Position numbers and translations under genes: made by a program
The notes under the pieces: model-generated
The model's input: the letters and a program-made list of their open reading frames with translations, nothing else
Database searches by the model: none
Told to the model about the DNA's origin: nothing
Shown here: piece after piece, positions 39,018-49,503 of the stretch
Position numbering within the stretch: the first letter of the stretch is position 1
Layout of the letters: each line of letters begins with the position of its first letter
Source: a virus
Taxonomy: Duplodnaviria; Caudoviricetes
Virus record (IMG/VR): IMGVR_UViG_3300028591_000079
Span: 32,001 to 96,000 of that record
Strand: one strand, 5' to 3'
DNA: 64,000 nucleotides

Positions 39018-39588
39018 TTTCTACTCCTTTTGTTATAAAACCTTTGACTAATTTACGACCCCACAACTTAAATTCTACTCGCAAGTCTGTATCAACCTCT
39101 CGTAAAACTTTTTGTATCTTAGGTGTCATAGCATATTTTACAAGTTTCTCTAAGTCTGCTTCTATCTCTTCTTGTCTTCCAGCCATTGCACCATAAAGAC
39201 TAAATTCAAATGAGATAGTTATGACCTTTTTTCTTGTGTTTAAGTCTATCCCGCGCTGAATCAAAACTTCATTACTTCTGTTTTGTTTGTCGCGCTTAGT
39301 TAGATTATTTCCATACCAGCAAAAAGGCTCTAATACACCACGCAACTTATCACGAATCAAAGTATAATCACTCAAAGTCTTGTCGGTATCCATCATTTTC
39401 ATATCACTAACCTTGACCCTGAATATCTTATACTGACCACCCATATGACCTTTTCTACAAGCATCAATTAAAATACTCTGCGCTTCACTATAATCACAAG
39501 TTGCAGAACGATAATCCCACAATCTAAAACCTACATTATATACATTATCAAATCTGCCAACTAAATATATATAGTCAATATTATCCAT
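39004..39588 (-). CDS. hypothetical protein, possible paralog of 41797-42351
   Basis: YLV.R, ITISF, similar C-terminal beta pattern. Confidence 0.7.
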   Translation of the reverse strand: MDNIDYIYLVGRFDNVYNVGFRLWDYRSATCDYSEAQSILIDACRKGHMGGQYKIFRVKVSDMKMMDTDKTLSDYTLIRDKLRGVLEPFCWYGNNLTKRDKQNRSNEVLIQRGIDLNTRKKVITISFEFSLYGAMAGRQEEIEADLEKLVKYAMTPKIQKVLREVDTDLRVEFKLWGRKLVKGFITKGVENETK

Positions 39589-39589
39589 C

Positions 39590-39934
39590 TTATTCTCCTA
39601 TTGTTTTTACATAATTATTGAAACCACCACACAACGAAATCATATTCTTAAACTCTTCATCACCATACACACTTATCATTCCGCTTGATGTATTGTAATG
39701 AATTAGTTGTATATGTTCGTTCTTTTTCACCCAGTCCAATAACTTAGACCATACATTACAGCTCGGCATATCAAACTCTTCTTTATGCCAATCTATAACA
39801 CCCTCACCAATTACGGCTTCAAGTATCTGTATTCCTCCCCACGCCAAATACTTTCCGCCCGCCGCATCGCAAAACACAGCACTAACTGGCACATCTTTTT
39901 CTTTCAATATGTTTATAATTTCTTCTCTGGTCAT
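39590..39934 (-). CDS. hypothetical protein
   Basis: AAGGAGGT SD. Confidence 0.75.
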   Translation of the reverse strand: MTREEIINILKEKDVPVSAVFCDAAGGKYLAWGGIQILEAVIGEGVIDWHKEEFDMPSCNVWSKLLDWVKKNEHIQLIHYNTSSGMISVYGDEEFKNMISLCGGFNNYVKTIGE

Positions 39935-39947
39935 AATTCAACCTCCT

Positions 39948-41096
39948 TTATTTGTTATTTACCACTTCTAAAAACTTATGCACATCACCTATCATTTCAT
40001 AAGTCATAGCAGTTTCACCCCACATAAAGACATTATAGGTTTCCATATCACTATTTACACACCACACAATACAATGGTCTAATCCTTCAAATTCAATCAT
40101 TGGAATATTGTCGTGGTAAAACCGGATAGTCAAAACCGTTAGTCCATCGGTAGGCAAAAGGTTTATAATGTTTCTATGGTTTTCCTTTGGTCTCCCCATA
40201 TACTTATCCAATAACAACTTCGCAGCAATCCCAAAGTCCTCATTCTCTTTATCCCCCGCAACAATCTCAAATAATTCTTTTAAGGTCATTGTCGGTTTGC
40301 AGACTTCTTTGATTTCCACATCGTCATTTCTCAAAAACCTAGCAGCCATCAAAGCATCTATAAAGTCTAATTCTGGATAGTCTTTCAAATATAATTCACA
40401 CCCAGTCAAAGCAGTTGTAAGTCTAAACGCTTCTCTTGCTGCCGCCTCACAGAGTTCCACCTTGGTTTTTACTTCTTTCGGGTCAAACATTTTTACTGTA
40501 TCAAACCCTAAATATGTTCTTTGCCGTTTGTCATTTTCAAGACCTTCGCCAGATGGTAAAAAGTTTATTGCTCTTCCTTCCATATAGTCAGTCCAAATAT
40601 CCTTAGCACAACACAACAAACCAAACAGATTGAATACATTATCTACATTCAACCCACTAGTCGCTTGTTTAAATGTTTTGTCTATGATTTCTTTTTCGTG
40701 TGGTAATAAGTCTCTGGGTGTTCCTAATTTACAATGTGTCCCATACCAACTCAGCGCTCCACGAATTTTTGAATCCATAAGTGCAAAATCATTCATATTC
40801 TTATTTACATTTACTACATCATTTACAAAGTATTCACCATCAGCAATAGATTCAAACCTACTACTTTCTTTACCGCTTTGATAATTCTTGCCTACAACAC
40901 ATACCTTGATATTACCTTTTGCAAATGCTTCTTGAAACGCTATAATGCTTTCTTTGCAGAAACAATACCAAGCACCACCCAACAACAACTGGGTCATCAA
41001 TTCTTTCAAGTCTGTATAAAAATATGCTTTGCCCTGATAGGTGCCATGATTTTCTTTAAACCACAACAGAGCCATTTTTTGTTCTTTCTTTGCCAT
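39948..41096 (-). CDS. hypothetical protein (382 aa)
   Basis: AAGGAGTAGAA SD; no recognised motif. Confidence 0.8.
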   Translation of the reverse strand: MAKKEQKMALLWFKENHGTYQGKAYFYTDLKELMTQLLLGGAWYCFCKESIIAFQEAFAKGNIKVCVVGKNYQSGKESSRFESIADGEYFVNDVVNVNKNMNDFALMDSKIRGALSWYGTHCKLGTPRDLLPHEKEIIDKTFKQATSGLNVDNVFNLFGLLCCAKDIWTDYMEGRAINFLPSGEGLENDKRQRTYLGFDTVKMFDPKEVKTKVELCEAAAREAFRLTTALTGCELYLKDYPELDFIDALMAARFLRNDDVEIKEVCKPTMTLKELFEIVAGDKENEDFGIAAKLLLDKYMGRPKENHRNIINLLPTDGLTVLTIRFYHDNIPMIEFEGLDHCIVWCVNSDMETYNVFMWGETAMTYEMIGDVHKFLEVVNNK

Positions 41097-41124
41097 AATT
41101 CTACTCCTTTTAGTTCTAGTTGAT

Positions 41125-41157
41125 AAAGCCCCAAGGTTTGTATTCTCTCAGGGCTTT
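41125..41157. other. intergenic hairpin, twin of 43883-43917
   Basis: AAAGCCC..ATTCTCTCAGGGCTTT. Confidence 0.6.
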
Positions 41158-41164
41158 TGTTTTC

Positions 41165-41626
41165 TTATTTCATTGCTTCTAAGATACAGTAGATAAACGA
41201 TACAATATGCTTACACCCATACCCCATATTCTCTGCGTTCTTTTCAGGTCTATCTGTTTTCTTTTTATAGTTAGTCAGCACCTTATCGGTATATAAAGCA
41301 CAACCACTATGCAGATTACCTTTCAAAGCACCGCCCAAAGTATAGTCAGTGCAATCACAATCTACCTTTATCTCTTTATCTAACAGGTCTTTTGGTCTTG
41401 GAAACTTACCCGCAACCAAATCGTCAGTAGTTAAACTCCCAGGCTCAACACCATAGAAAGCAACCTCAACCTTATACAGTTTATTGTTGCTCCCTTTTGC
41501 CAATGCCTTGAACGATAACTTCTTTTGTGATAAATCGTATCTGGGGTTCTCAAACTTATCAAACTCTATATCACTATTATCACGACCCATTGCTTTACTG
41601 TTATCTAAAAATTCTTTCGTTGTCAT
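41165..41626 (-). CDS. SWIM-type zinc finger protein
   Basis: VDCDCTDY ... GCKH. Confidence 0.7.
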   Translation of the reverse strand: MTTKEFLDNSKAMGRDNSDIEFDKFENPRYDLSQKKLSFKALAKGSNNKLYKVEVAFYGVEPGSLTTDDLVAGKFPRPKDLLDKEIKVDCDCTDYTLGGALKGNLHSGCALYTDKVLTNYKKKTDRPEKNAENMGYGCKHIVSFIYCILEAMK

Positions 41627-41796
41627 ACTTCACTCCTTTATTCTACTATAAATTCTATTTGGTTTCCATTCACTTTATCAAACACATCATATTCTGCTTG
41701 ATTATAAAGGTCTTGGAATTCTTTTAGTGTGTATGTTTTTGCTCCGCCCATACCACTTGCCCACCATACTCTTACCTTTATCATTTTATACTCCTT

Positions 41797-42351
41797 TTAG
41801 TTTTCGTTAGATGGTCGATATTTCTTGAACAGTTTTCCATTTATATTTACCTTTACAGGAACAAATATATCTACACCTTTCATTTTCTTGTCCAATATAA
41901 TACCAAAGACTTTATTATATGCTTCCTCTGCCACATAATGACGATTTGCTTTGCTGTTATGTATCAATGAGCAATTAGTATTTCCATAGTGATTTGTTTT
42001 TGCTTCATCAACATCATCCACTGTAAAACTTATCGTCACTCCACCTTTTTGATTTGTGACAGCCCTTGAATTTGCACGAACAAATAAAGCACGAATAACT
42101 TTTTTAGTGATTTCATTGATTTGCTCATCTTGCATAGACTTTACTTGATATTCTGGTAAAGCATCTAAATCTACACATTTGATATGAGGAACACAATAAT
42201 CACCACAGTTTCTTGCTATTGTTCTAAACCGTTGTAATGCCATTTTTTCATCAACACCAAACCAATCCATATCTTGTTTAGAAAAGGTTTGTGTGCGATA
42301 TTGACTTTCATGTCCTGGTTTGATTTGACGATATACTAAATAAAATTTCAT
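41797..42351 (-). CDS. hypothetical protein
   Basis: AAGGAGGT SD before ATG 42351. Confidence 0.75.
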   Translation of the reverse strand: MKFYLVYRQIKPGHESQYRTQTFSKQDMDWFGVDEKMALQRFRTIARNCGDYCVPHIKCVDLDALPEYQVKSMQDEQINEITKKVIRALFVRANSRAVTNQKGGVTISFTVDDVDEAKTNHYGNTNCSLIHNSKANRHYVAEEAYNKVFGIILDKKMKGVDIFVPVKVNINGKLFKKYRPSNEN

Positions 42352-42370
42352 GGTTATACCTCCTTTATTA

Positions 42371-42889
42371 TTAATCTCTGTCAAACAACAATTTACATTT
42401 TACTTCGTTGTTTTCCTCTATAAAGTCCAAAGCTGCAGCACATTGGTCAAACACCCAAATATCTATGGACTCTTTTGTTGTATCACTACCCCAAGAATGA
42501 TTGTAGTTTCCATAGTGCACTCCCTCACCATAACCATCTCTACCACCTGAAATACAATCACTTATAAGATAGCAACCATCACCAACAATACTTTCTAACT
42601 TTTTTGTTATCTTGTTGATTATTGGCATTAGGACTTTCTTTCGTTCAATGTCATATCCATCTTTACTTAAATCTCCCCGCACATCAGCCTCAATATAACA
42701 ATGATACCCTAACACATCTAAGGTATCCGCAACTCTACCGCTTGTTGATGTCGCCTCTCGTAATAATTGATAAGCTTCTAATGTTAATTTTTTCCCATCA
42801 AACAACAACTCATCTGTAATCTGTTCATTGTTGTCAAAATATTTCATAAGCACTTCTTTTATTGCTTGTTTAGTTGTCAATTTATCCAT
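42371..42889 (-). CDS. hypothetical protein
   Basis: AAGGAG SD. Confidence 0.75.
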   Translation of the reverse strand: MDKLTTKQAIKEVLMKYFDNNEQITDELLFDGKKLTLEAYQLLREATSTSGRVADTLDVLGYHCYIEADVRGDLSKDGYDIERKKVLMPIINKITKKLESIVGDGCYLISDCISGGRDGYGEGVHYGNYNHSWGSDTTKESIDIWVFDQCAAALDFIEENNEVKCKLLFDRD

Positions 42890-43016
42890 GACTTACTCCT
42901 TTGGTTTTTTATTGTTGATTCTGTCTTTTTTCCACAACTCGCAAAGACAGAAAGAAGCGAGCCAACAGCAGGACTCTAAGTTAGGAGTAGAATAGAAAAC
43001 CTGCCTGTGGAAACCA

Positions 43017-43862
43017 CTAAGCCTTGTTCTCTGCCACACCTAAACGATTCCTGATATATTGTTCCAAGAGTTCTTTATTGTTATCAACCAAGGACGCATA
43101 GTTTATTAGTTCTTGGTCATTTACTCTTGATAATCCATAGTCTTTATTCCAGTCTGTATTTGCTTTGATTCTATACAAGACACTTAACAAACCACTCTTA
43201 TCATTCATATTCAAGATGTTTGGTGTTAGTTCGTGTTTGTCCAGCATAGTAATCAGCAAATCAACAGGATAACAATCGACTTCAACTTTACGATTCATTT
43301 CATACCCACCATTCTCTGTATAGTATTTCCATAACAGTTCATATGATGGTTTGTTCATAAGTTCAACCAAGCGTATATTCTTATTTGCATACTTGGCGAA
43401 GTCTTTTTGATTGAAATCTGACCGAAAGTATTTGATTGTTTTGACTGAGTATTTTTCCAACAATTCTTTTTTTGCTGTTGGGGACAATTCAAATCTACCT
43501 CTCCACAGTTCATAAATATTACAGACATCGTTTTCTACTAATCTTACGAACCAATCTAAATCTTTCATACCAACTTTTAGTTTTGATTCATACTTGATAC
43601 TTGGGTCATAACAAAAGTCTATAATTCGTTGTAAGATTTTGTGAGATGTTTGTTTATTATATGCTCTGATTACATTCAATTTATATTTACCCATTATTTC
43701 CATTATTTGTTCGGGTTTCAATTTGTCTATCTGCTTTATATTAAACAATTCCAACAGATGTCCGGTTTTTGTGCTTATGATTGTTGTATATAATTTATTT
43801 GCATCAAACTTAGACACAAACAAATCTTTCAACATTGCTACTTCACTAAAACTATTAAACAT
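43017..43862 (-). CDS. hypothetical protein (281 aa)
   Basis: AGGAG SD. Confidence 0.8.
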   Translation of the reverse strand: MFNSFSEVAMLKDLFVSKFDANKLYTTIISTKTGHLLELFNIKQIDKLKPEQIMEIMGKYKLNVIRAYNKQTSHKILQRIIDFCYDPSIKYESKLKVGMKDLDWFVRLVENDVCNIYELWRGRFELSPTAKKELLEKYSVKTIKYFRSDFNQKDFAKYANKNIRLVELMNKPSYELLWKYYTENGGYEMNRKVEVDCYPVDLLITMLDKHELTPNILNMNDKSGLLSVLYRIKANTDWNKDYGLSRVNDQELINYASLVDNNKELLEQYIRNRLGVAENKA

Positions 43863-43882
43863 ATTTTACTCCTATTAGTTAT

Positions 43883-43917
43883 AAAGTCCTGAAAGGTGTT
43901 GATTCTCTCAGGACTTT
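43883..43917. other. intergenic hairpin, twin of 41125-41157
   Basis: AAAGTCCTGA..ATTCTCTCAGGACTTT. Confidence 0.65.
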
Positions 43918-43927
43918 GTTGGTTTAT

Positions 43928-45229
43928 TTAGAACTCCAACCGCATGGTCTTTGCTCTTTTTACACCGACAGGATTTTGAAAGTTATCGTTGCCAGTGATT
44001 CCCCATATTACAGGACAATAATCAAATTTCAAATTATCTATACAGTCATATCCATCAGTCATACAAATAAACACATCATATTTCTTTTTGTTTTCTTTTA
44101 TCCAATCGAAACTAGATGCGATAGTTGTTCCACCAAAGGATGCCAACTTATAGTCTTTGATTTTATCCTGCGTTGGTTTTGTATAATTCACAAGGGTATC
44201 CTCATGAACTTGTGTTGAAAAGCACCAGATGTCAATGTCAAATGATTTAAAACTGTGCATAATCTTTGCTATATGCGCCAAGAATTCATGCACTTGTTCA
44301 TCACCAACCGACCCTGATGTATCAATCGCAATACCTAACTTGATATGCGTATCTGTGCTAGTTCCTGGAAGTATATTACCCATACCCCAACTTCTACGAG
44401 ATGGACGCTTCCAAGAAAAGTCAGATTTGATAAACGCTTTCAGATAGTTAGATAAGAAACCACGCCAATCAAATGGAGGTTCCTGAAACAAGAAGTCAAA
44501 TGCTCGTTCTAAGAAACTATCAACCTTACCTGCATCTTGACCACCCATTTGTTTTTGGACTGCTTGGACTTGGGCTTTGATTCTGCCTGTGTCTGTTTCA
44601 TCCATACTATCTTGCCCGCCATGGTCATCAAACTGTTTTTGTCCTTTCGCTTGTTTTTCTAACCACTTACCAACAGCACCCATCATTTCTTGTTCTACTT
44701 GTTCAGGTGTTTTGCCATCGTGGTCTTTCTTGAAGTCCTCTAACAGTTTTTCATATATCTGCTCACAAGTCATATTTCTATACTTTTCATCATATAAACC
44801 AAATTGCCCTTTCGGATTTTCTGGTTTGATTAACTTGTCGCTATGATACATTTCACCAATCGGTTTAGGCTTACCATATCTATCACTGTTATTTACAAGG
44901 TCTGAATTGATAGAGTAGTCAGTAGCATAATTCCATAACTGAGGATTCCTGCTACCCCGTCTTTCCATAGTCAGATTCAACAAATGCCCTACTTCATGAC
45001 AGATTATAAACAAGATATTATCAACTGACATTTCGTGCATATCCTCGTGTTCTACCATATACTTCCAGTTGAAATAAATACCTTTACCATCTGTCCAGGC
45101 TATTGAATCGTGGTCAGACTCTACAAATTCAACCCCGACCCTTGCAGATATTGCCGCTAAGAAACTATGCTTTATCCACAGTTTTGTATTTACGGCTTCT
45201 TGCATTTCGTCTTTATTTACTGTTATCAT
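43928..45229 (-). CDS. HExxH metallopeptidase-like + VWA domain protein (DUF2201-like)
   Basis: AWTDGK, HEVGH, WNYATD..IN, WKRPSRR, IDTSGS (MIDAS), GGTT, MTDGY. Confidence 0.9.
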   Translation of the reverse strand: MITVNKDEMQEAVNTKLWIKHSFLAAISARVGVEFVESDHDSIAWTDGKGIYFNWKYMVEHEDMHEMSVDNILFIICHEVGHLLNLTMERRGSRNPQLWNYATDYSINSDLVNNSDRYGKPKPIGEMYHSDKLIKPENPKGQFGLYDEKYRNMTCEQIYEKLLEDFKKDHDGKTPEQVEQEMMGAVGKWLEKQAKGQKQFDDHGGQDSMDETDTGRIKAQVQAVQKQMGGQDAGKVDSFLERAFDFLFQEPPFDWRGFLSNYLKAFIKSDFSWKRPSRRSWGMGNILPGTSTDTHIKLGIAIDTSGSVGDEQVHEFLAHIAKIMHSFKSFDIDIWCFSTQVHEDTLVNYTKPTQDKIKDYKLASFGGTTIASSFDWIKENKKKYDVFICMTDGYDCIDNLKFDYCPVIWGITGNDNFQNPVGVKRAKTMRLEF

Positions 45230-45363
45230 ACTTACCTCCTTTTAGTTTAGGATTACACAAATGACGGCTGCGAGTATCAACAAAATAATCAACATACACA
45301 GCATCATACCATTTACACTATCTTTTACACTATCAGTTATTGGATGCATATTTACCCCCTTTA

Positions 45364-45537
45364 TTATTCTTTATAAAATACATGCATCCAAGATTTTTTA
45401 TAATCACTGCTACATGTAAAGTGTGTATCATCTCTACTACAATGTTCCCTGGCTTCCTCTAAGGTCAAGCCAGTCATTATAGTTGTTTTTCTTTTATTCG
45501 GGTCACCCCATACTTTTACAATTTTATAAGTAGCCAT
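45364..45537 (-). CDS. small phage protein
   Basis: TGLTLEEAREHC; AAGGAGGT SD. Confidence 0.7.
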   Translation of the reverse strand: MATYKIVKVWGDPNKRKTTIMTGLTLEEAREHCSRDDTHFTCSSDYKKSWMHVFYKE

Positions 45538-45551
45538 ATTTACCTCCTTTA

Positions 45552-45914
45552 TCATTCTTGTTCATTATCATCTACACCAACACTTATCATACCATTACCC
45601 AAGTCTTTTACATTCAACTTTTCAGATAATTCCTCAGCCTCCTGTTCTCTCATTTGTTTTTCCATTTCTTTTTCGTGGTATTCTTTCAACAAGTCCGCCA
45701 CATTTTCATCAAACCATTTAGATTCGTGCAGGTGATATTCATAGTTGTCCTCATTGTTTAGTAAGGATTCCATTTTATCACCAACCTCAACTTTACACAA
45801 TAAATCATTAGCCATATTTAAACCTATCTGTTCGTGGTCATCATTCTCTTGCCACACCACCATCAAGGCTTTCATAATTGCTTTGATTTCTTTATCTGTA
45901 AATAGTCTTGCCAT
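45552..45914 (-). CDS. hypothetical acidic protein
   Basis: AAGGAG SD. Confidence 0.75.
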   Translation of the reverse strand: MARLFTDKEIKAIMKALMVVWQENDDHEQIGLNMANDLLCKVEVGDKMESLLNNEDNYEYHLHESKWFDENVADLLKEYHEKEMEKQMREQEAEELSEKLNVKDLGNGMISVGVDDNEQE

Positions 45915-45973
45915 AACTTACTCCTTTATAAATTGTTGGGCAGTTTTATATCTTACCCAGGATAGTTATGTTA

Positions 45974-47206
45974 TTAGAAGTTAGTTTTAGATGTGCAGAA
46001 TTTTGCGACTGCTTGAATATCTTTATGACTTACATACGACAACAGTTTATTATTCTGTGTGATATGTTTAGTCAAAATCGCTTGCCAATCCGCTCGTTTC
46101 AACTTCTGGCAGGCTTCAAACAGATTATGCACAGCCTCAACCAATGCCTTACCCTCTTTTGATTCTTTATTTGGGCGACCATTTTCATCTTTTTCTGGTT
46201 CGTCCATCTGATTCAAAGTGGCAATACAACCTGTCAATGTTCCGAAAAATCCGTTTATATCACCATCATCACGAAAACCTTTACCTTTGAATAAGATTTC
46301 CGCTGGGTCTTGATATTTTTCAGAGTTTTTCAGATATTCCAACAACATATTTGATACTGCTCCACCAAAATACATACTTGCAAAATGGAACACTTCATCA
46401 TAACTTGCATCCGTATTCATACTATATAACTTGATGAATCGTGACCAAGAACGAGGTGTGCCAAATGTATATGAATTGTTGTTGTAGTTATCAGTATCAA
46501 ACAACTTATCAGGATTACGCTTTACAAACGCAGCCACCATTTGTTTAATCTTTTCTGGTGTGATTCCTGCGATAAAAGGTTTTTCCTGTGCTGGTGTTGT
46601 ATCCAAGCCTAAGACATAATCAAACCACACATCCGCATTGGTTTTTACGAATATATGCCCGAATCTATCTTTGACTGGCGCTTGGATTTCAGTTGAGTAA
46701 GCATTGACCCCTGACTGATTACCTGCCGCAATGATACGATAACCATCTGGCAAGAAGTAATCACCAATTCGTCTTTCTTGAACCAACTGTTGAACAGCAT
46801 TTTGCATAGCCGCAGGTGCATTATTCATTTCATCAAAGTATAACAACCCACGACCATTTGGATTTGTTGGTAAGCATTTAGGAATCGCCCAAGTTGTCTT
46901 AGTCATTTCCTTACCATACTCATTTACTTTTTCAGGCATAGGAATACCAATCAAGTCAGCAGGTTCCATAGATGATAAAGGATAGTAGAAGTATTCAAAC
47001 TCTTTATCCTCTTGTTTCATCTTGCTTACAAACTGTTCTACCGATTGAGTTTTGCCAATACCAGGGTCACCCCAAACAAACAAGTTCAAGTTAGCCCGAT
47101 ACATACAATCAATCAATCTTGGTAATTTGTTTAAGACTATCCCCGAATCCATCAGTTCTTTGATTTCACGAGATACATTTACTTCATTGTTTTGATTTTT
47201 AGCCAT
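45974..47206 (-). CDS. MoxR-like AAA+ ATPase
   Basis: Walker A GDPGIGKT, DLIGIP, Walker B LYFDEMN, IIAAGN, DRF, TPRSW. Confidence 0.92.
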   Translation of the reverse strand: MAKNQNNEVNVSREIKELMDSGIVLNKLPRLIDCMYRANLNLFVWGDPGIGKTQSVEQFVSKMKQEDKEFEYFYYPLSSMEPADLIGIPMPEKVNEYGKEMTKTTWAIPKCLPTNPNGRGLLYFDEMNNAPAAMQNAVQQLVQERRIGDYFLPDGYRIIAAGNQSGVNAYSTEIQAPVKDRFGHIFVKTNADVWFDYVLGLDTTPAQEKPFIAGITPEKIKQMVAAFVKRNPDKLFDTDNYNNNSYTFGTPRSWSRFIKLYSMNTDASYDEVFHFASMYFGGAVSNMLLEYLKNSEKYQDPAEILFKGKGFRDDGDINGFFGTLTGCIATLNQMDEPEKDENGRPNKESKEGKALVEAVHNLFEACQKLKRADWQAILTKHITQNNKLLSYVSHKDIQAVAKFCTSKTNF

Positions 47207-47274
47207 ATTCTACTCCTTTTTTTAGTTTTTTGGTGTTGATTTTGTTAGGTTTTATTTATTGACTACCCTAACTT

Positions 47275-47823
47275 TTAGTCATCGGCTCTGAAACAGTAAT
47301 CGTGACTTGCCAATCCTGCTTCATAAGCCCATCTTGTTGAGGTATTACTGTAAATTGCTCCACATATATACCCCCCTAACTTTATATTGGTGACGGTTGA
47401 ATAGGTTTTTACTCCCTCAACTTCAACCCCATCAATATTCAGTTTTACATATTTAGGACAACTTGGACTATACCGCATCCATTTTCCACCCAAGTCCTCA
47501 ACACTTACATCATCATAACCACTCACCATTTTGTTATAGATGTAGTTTTGAACCTCTTGGAATGTCCGTCCTAAATATTTTTCACAAACCAAATCAGCCC
47601 ATCCGTCTTTGCGACTTTCTATTTCAATTTCTGCTCCCCAATGGTCTTTTATATTAAACTTTGTCTTGCATCCACTAATAGTAAAGTCACCAGTATCAGG
47701 ATTATAACTTTCAATGGTTCGTTTCAAGTAGTTTCGTTTGTTCTTGATGTCATATACCCTAGTCAAAGGTAAATGCTTGTCAAAATAATACTCAACCACT
47801 TCTTTTATTGTGATGTCGTTCAT
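47275..47823 (-). CDS. hypothetical protein
   Basis: AAGGAGGT SD. Confidence 0.75.
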   Translation of the reverse strand: MNDITIKEVVEYYFDKHLPLTRVYDIKNKRNYLKRTIESYNPDTGDFTISGCKTKFNIKDHWGAEIEIESRKDGWADLVCEKYLGRTFQEVQNYIYNKMVSGYDDVSVEDLGGKWMRYSPSCPKYVKLNIDGVEVEGVKTYSTVTNIKLGGYICGAIYSNTSTRWAYEAGLASHDYCFRADD

Positions 47824-48003
47824 TTTACACCTCCTTTATTTCTTTTGTTGCTAAGAATAAACAAACACTAGCAATAATACAGTGTCCGATATTTGCATTG
47901 TTAGGTATTGATACAAACAAAAACGCAGTCATTACAATTAGCAAGAATAACAACCACACATTTGATACCATCTTTTTAGTGTCTTTCATACTTACCTCCT
48001 TTA

Positions 48004-48609
48004 TTAGTATCTATTGTTATCTTTATAGTCCTCAACACCATACTTTTCTTTCATTTGCTCTTTCCACTCGTTTATTTCTTTTTGTGTTGATAGACTAGTG
48101 ATTTCATCAACAGGTTCATCATTGTAGTTATCATAGACATACAGGCGTTCAATACTTCCGTTCCAAGCGTCACTCAAATTACTTGCATATCTACTCAAAT
48201 CTACTTTCAATTCCTTGCTGATACCTACAAAACCACAAGTGCCGCTATCCCATCTACATCTTGTATCGTCACTCTTATTGAAAGCAAACGACACCATACC
48301 ATGCACATAAGCACCTAAGGCATACGCTTCATATTTGTCTTTTCCATAGGTTTCGTCAAGGTATTTTTGAAATGATTCTATGTCTTGTTCCACATTTCCA
48401 GTTTCAGGCTCCCAACTTTCATCAGTAGCCAACCTTTCAAACCCCTCACGATTTTTACCTATCCAGGCTTTGTTGTTCGCTTTAAAGTCCTCAACCACAA
48501 ATTCAGGTTCGCTTTCATCATACTCACAATAGCCTACATATCTATCTTGCTCGGTTGTTTCTATTACTTCAACCTTGCCACTTTCTAACAGTTTCTTTTC
48601 TACCGTCAT
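48004..48609 (-). CDS. hypothetical acidic phage protein
   Basis: AYVHG, CRWDSGTCGFV; AAGGAG SD. Confidence 0.75.
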   Translation of the reverse strand: MTVEKKLLESGKVEVIETTEQDRYVGYCEYDESEPEFVVEDFKANNKAWIGKNREGFERLATDESWEPETGNVEQDIESFQKYLDETYGKDKYEAYALGAYVHGMVSFAFNKSDDTRCRWDSGTCGFVGISKELKVDLSRYASNLSDAWNGSIERLYVYDNYNDEPVDEITSLSTQKEINEWKEQMKEKYGVEDYKDNNRY

Positions 48610-48738
48610 ATCTTTACTCCTTTATTTTTAGATGTTCTTGTTCAATTTCGTGTCTCATTTGTCTAAGGTTTTCTAAATATGCCCTAAACGATTCTACCTT
48701 ATTCACGATTTTCCACATTAGCGCCGCTCCTACCTTAT

Positions 48739-48996
48739 TTACAGTTCATAATTCCAACGGTTCTTGTCTATTGCTTTTTCTAAGTCTAACATCGCACAAA
48801 AACCGCTCACATCTGCCAAAACGCCGTTCAATATTCGTTCTTGTTGTCTAATCGTTATTCCACTATCTACACAATATTCATCAAACGCCGCTAGTATGCA
48901 CAAATTCTGCTCATACATCGCTCGTCTATAAACCTTATCATACTGATTCGCGTTCCGTCTTGCTATACTTTTTACTAATTTATTCAAGTTTGTCAT
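48739..48996 (-). CDS. hypothetical protein
   Basis: AAGGAGTAGAA SD. Confidence 0.75.
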   Translation of the reverse strand: MTNLNKLVKSIARRNANQYDKVYRRAMYEQNLCILAAFDEYCVDSGITIRQQERILNGVLADVSGFCAMLDLEKAIDKNRWNYEL

Positions 48997-49027
48997 TTTT
49001 CTACTCCTTTATGTTTTTTGTTGTTCC

Positions 49028-49161
49028 ACTAGCGCCGCTCATAGCCCTAGTCTTTTAGTATATACTTGGACTAGCACCGCTTATAGCACCAACCATAGTA
49101 TATACTACCCACTCGCACCGCTAATAGACCATAATAACCCTACTAGCGCCGCAAATAGACC
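49028..49161. repeat. four ~20-bp direct repeats ACTAGCRCCGCNNATAG
   Basis: Copies at 49028, 49070, 49111, 49142. Confidence 0.8.
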
Positions 49162-49313
49162 TACATACCAAATATTAACCCCATAGACCACTTTACACAT
49201 ACCGCAATAAGACAACTACAACCTAACACATTGAAAAAATAATCTAGTGCCTTGTTGATTGTGTCTATTGGATTTTTCTTGTAGTTTAATCTATCCAAAA
49301 ATTTGTTATACAT
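49161..49313 (-). CDS. 50-aa protein with hydrophobic C-terminus (not in ORF track)
   Basis: AAGGAGTAGAA SD; MYNKFLDRL...LIAVCVKWSMGLIFGM. Confidence 0.6.
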   Translation of the reverse strand: MYNKFLDRLNYKKNPIDTINKALDYFFNVLGCSCLIAVCVKWSMGLIFGM

Positions 49314-49475
49314 TTTATTCTACTCCTTTCTAAACCAACCCATACTATCTTTCTATCAACGAAAAATAGCAGGCAATAACTAACCGATACAATATAACCT
49401 ATACCAATTCGTTATTATCTGCTATCTACTTGAATCTATATTGGTCTTGGAATCACTCGCCCCTTGACATAACAC

Positions 49476-49503
49476 AATATAACACAATCAAAAACAAAAG
49501 CAA
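49476..49503 (-). promoter_or_regulatory. promoter for central module
   Basis: TTGCTT-16-TATATT with TG; duplicated unit at 49645-49693 (shared CAAGAAAAATTAAGTATATACTTT). Confidence 0.6.

Noticed and set aside
49028-49161. Possible mini CRISPR array
   Set aside because: Repeats are ~20 bp and degenerate, spacers are 11-22 bp and two share AGTATATACT; no cas genes seen
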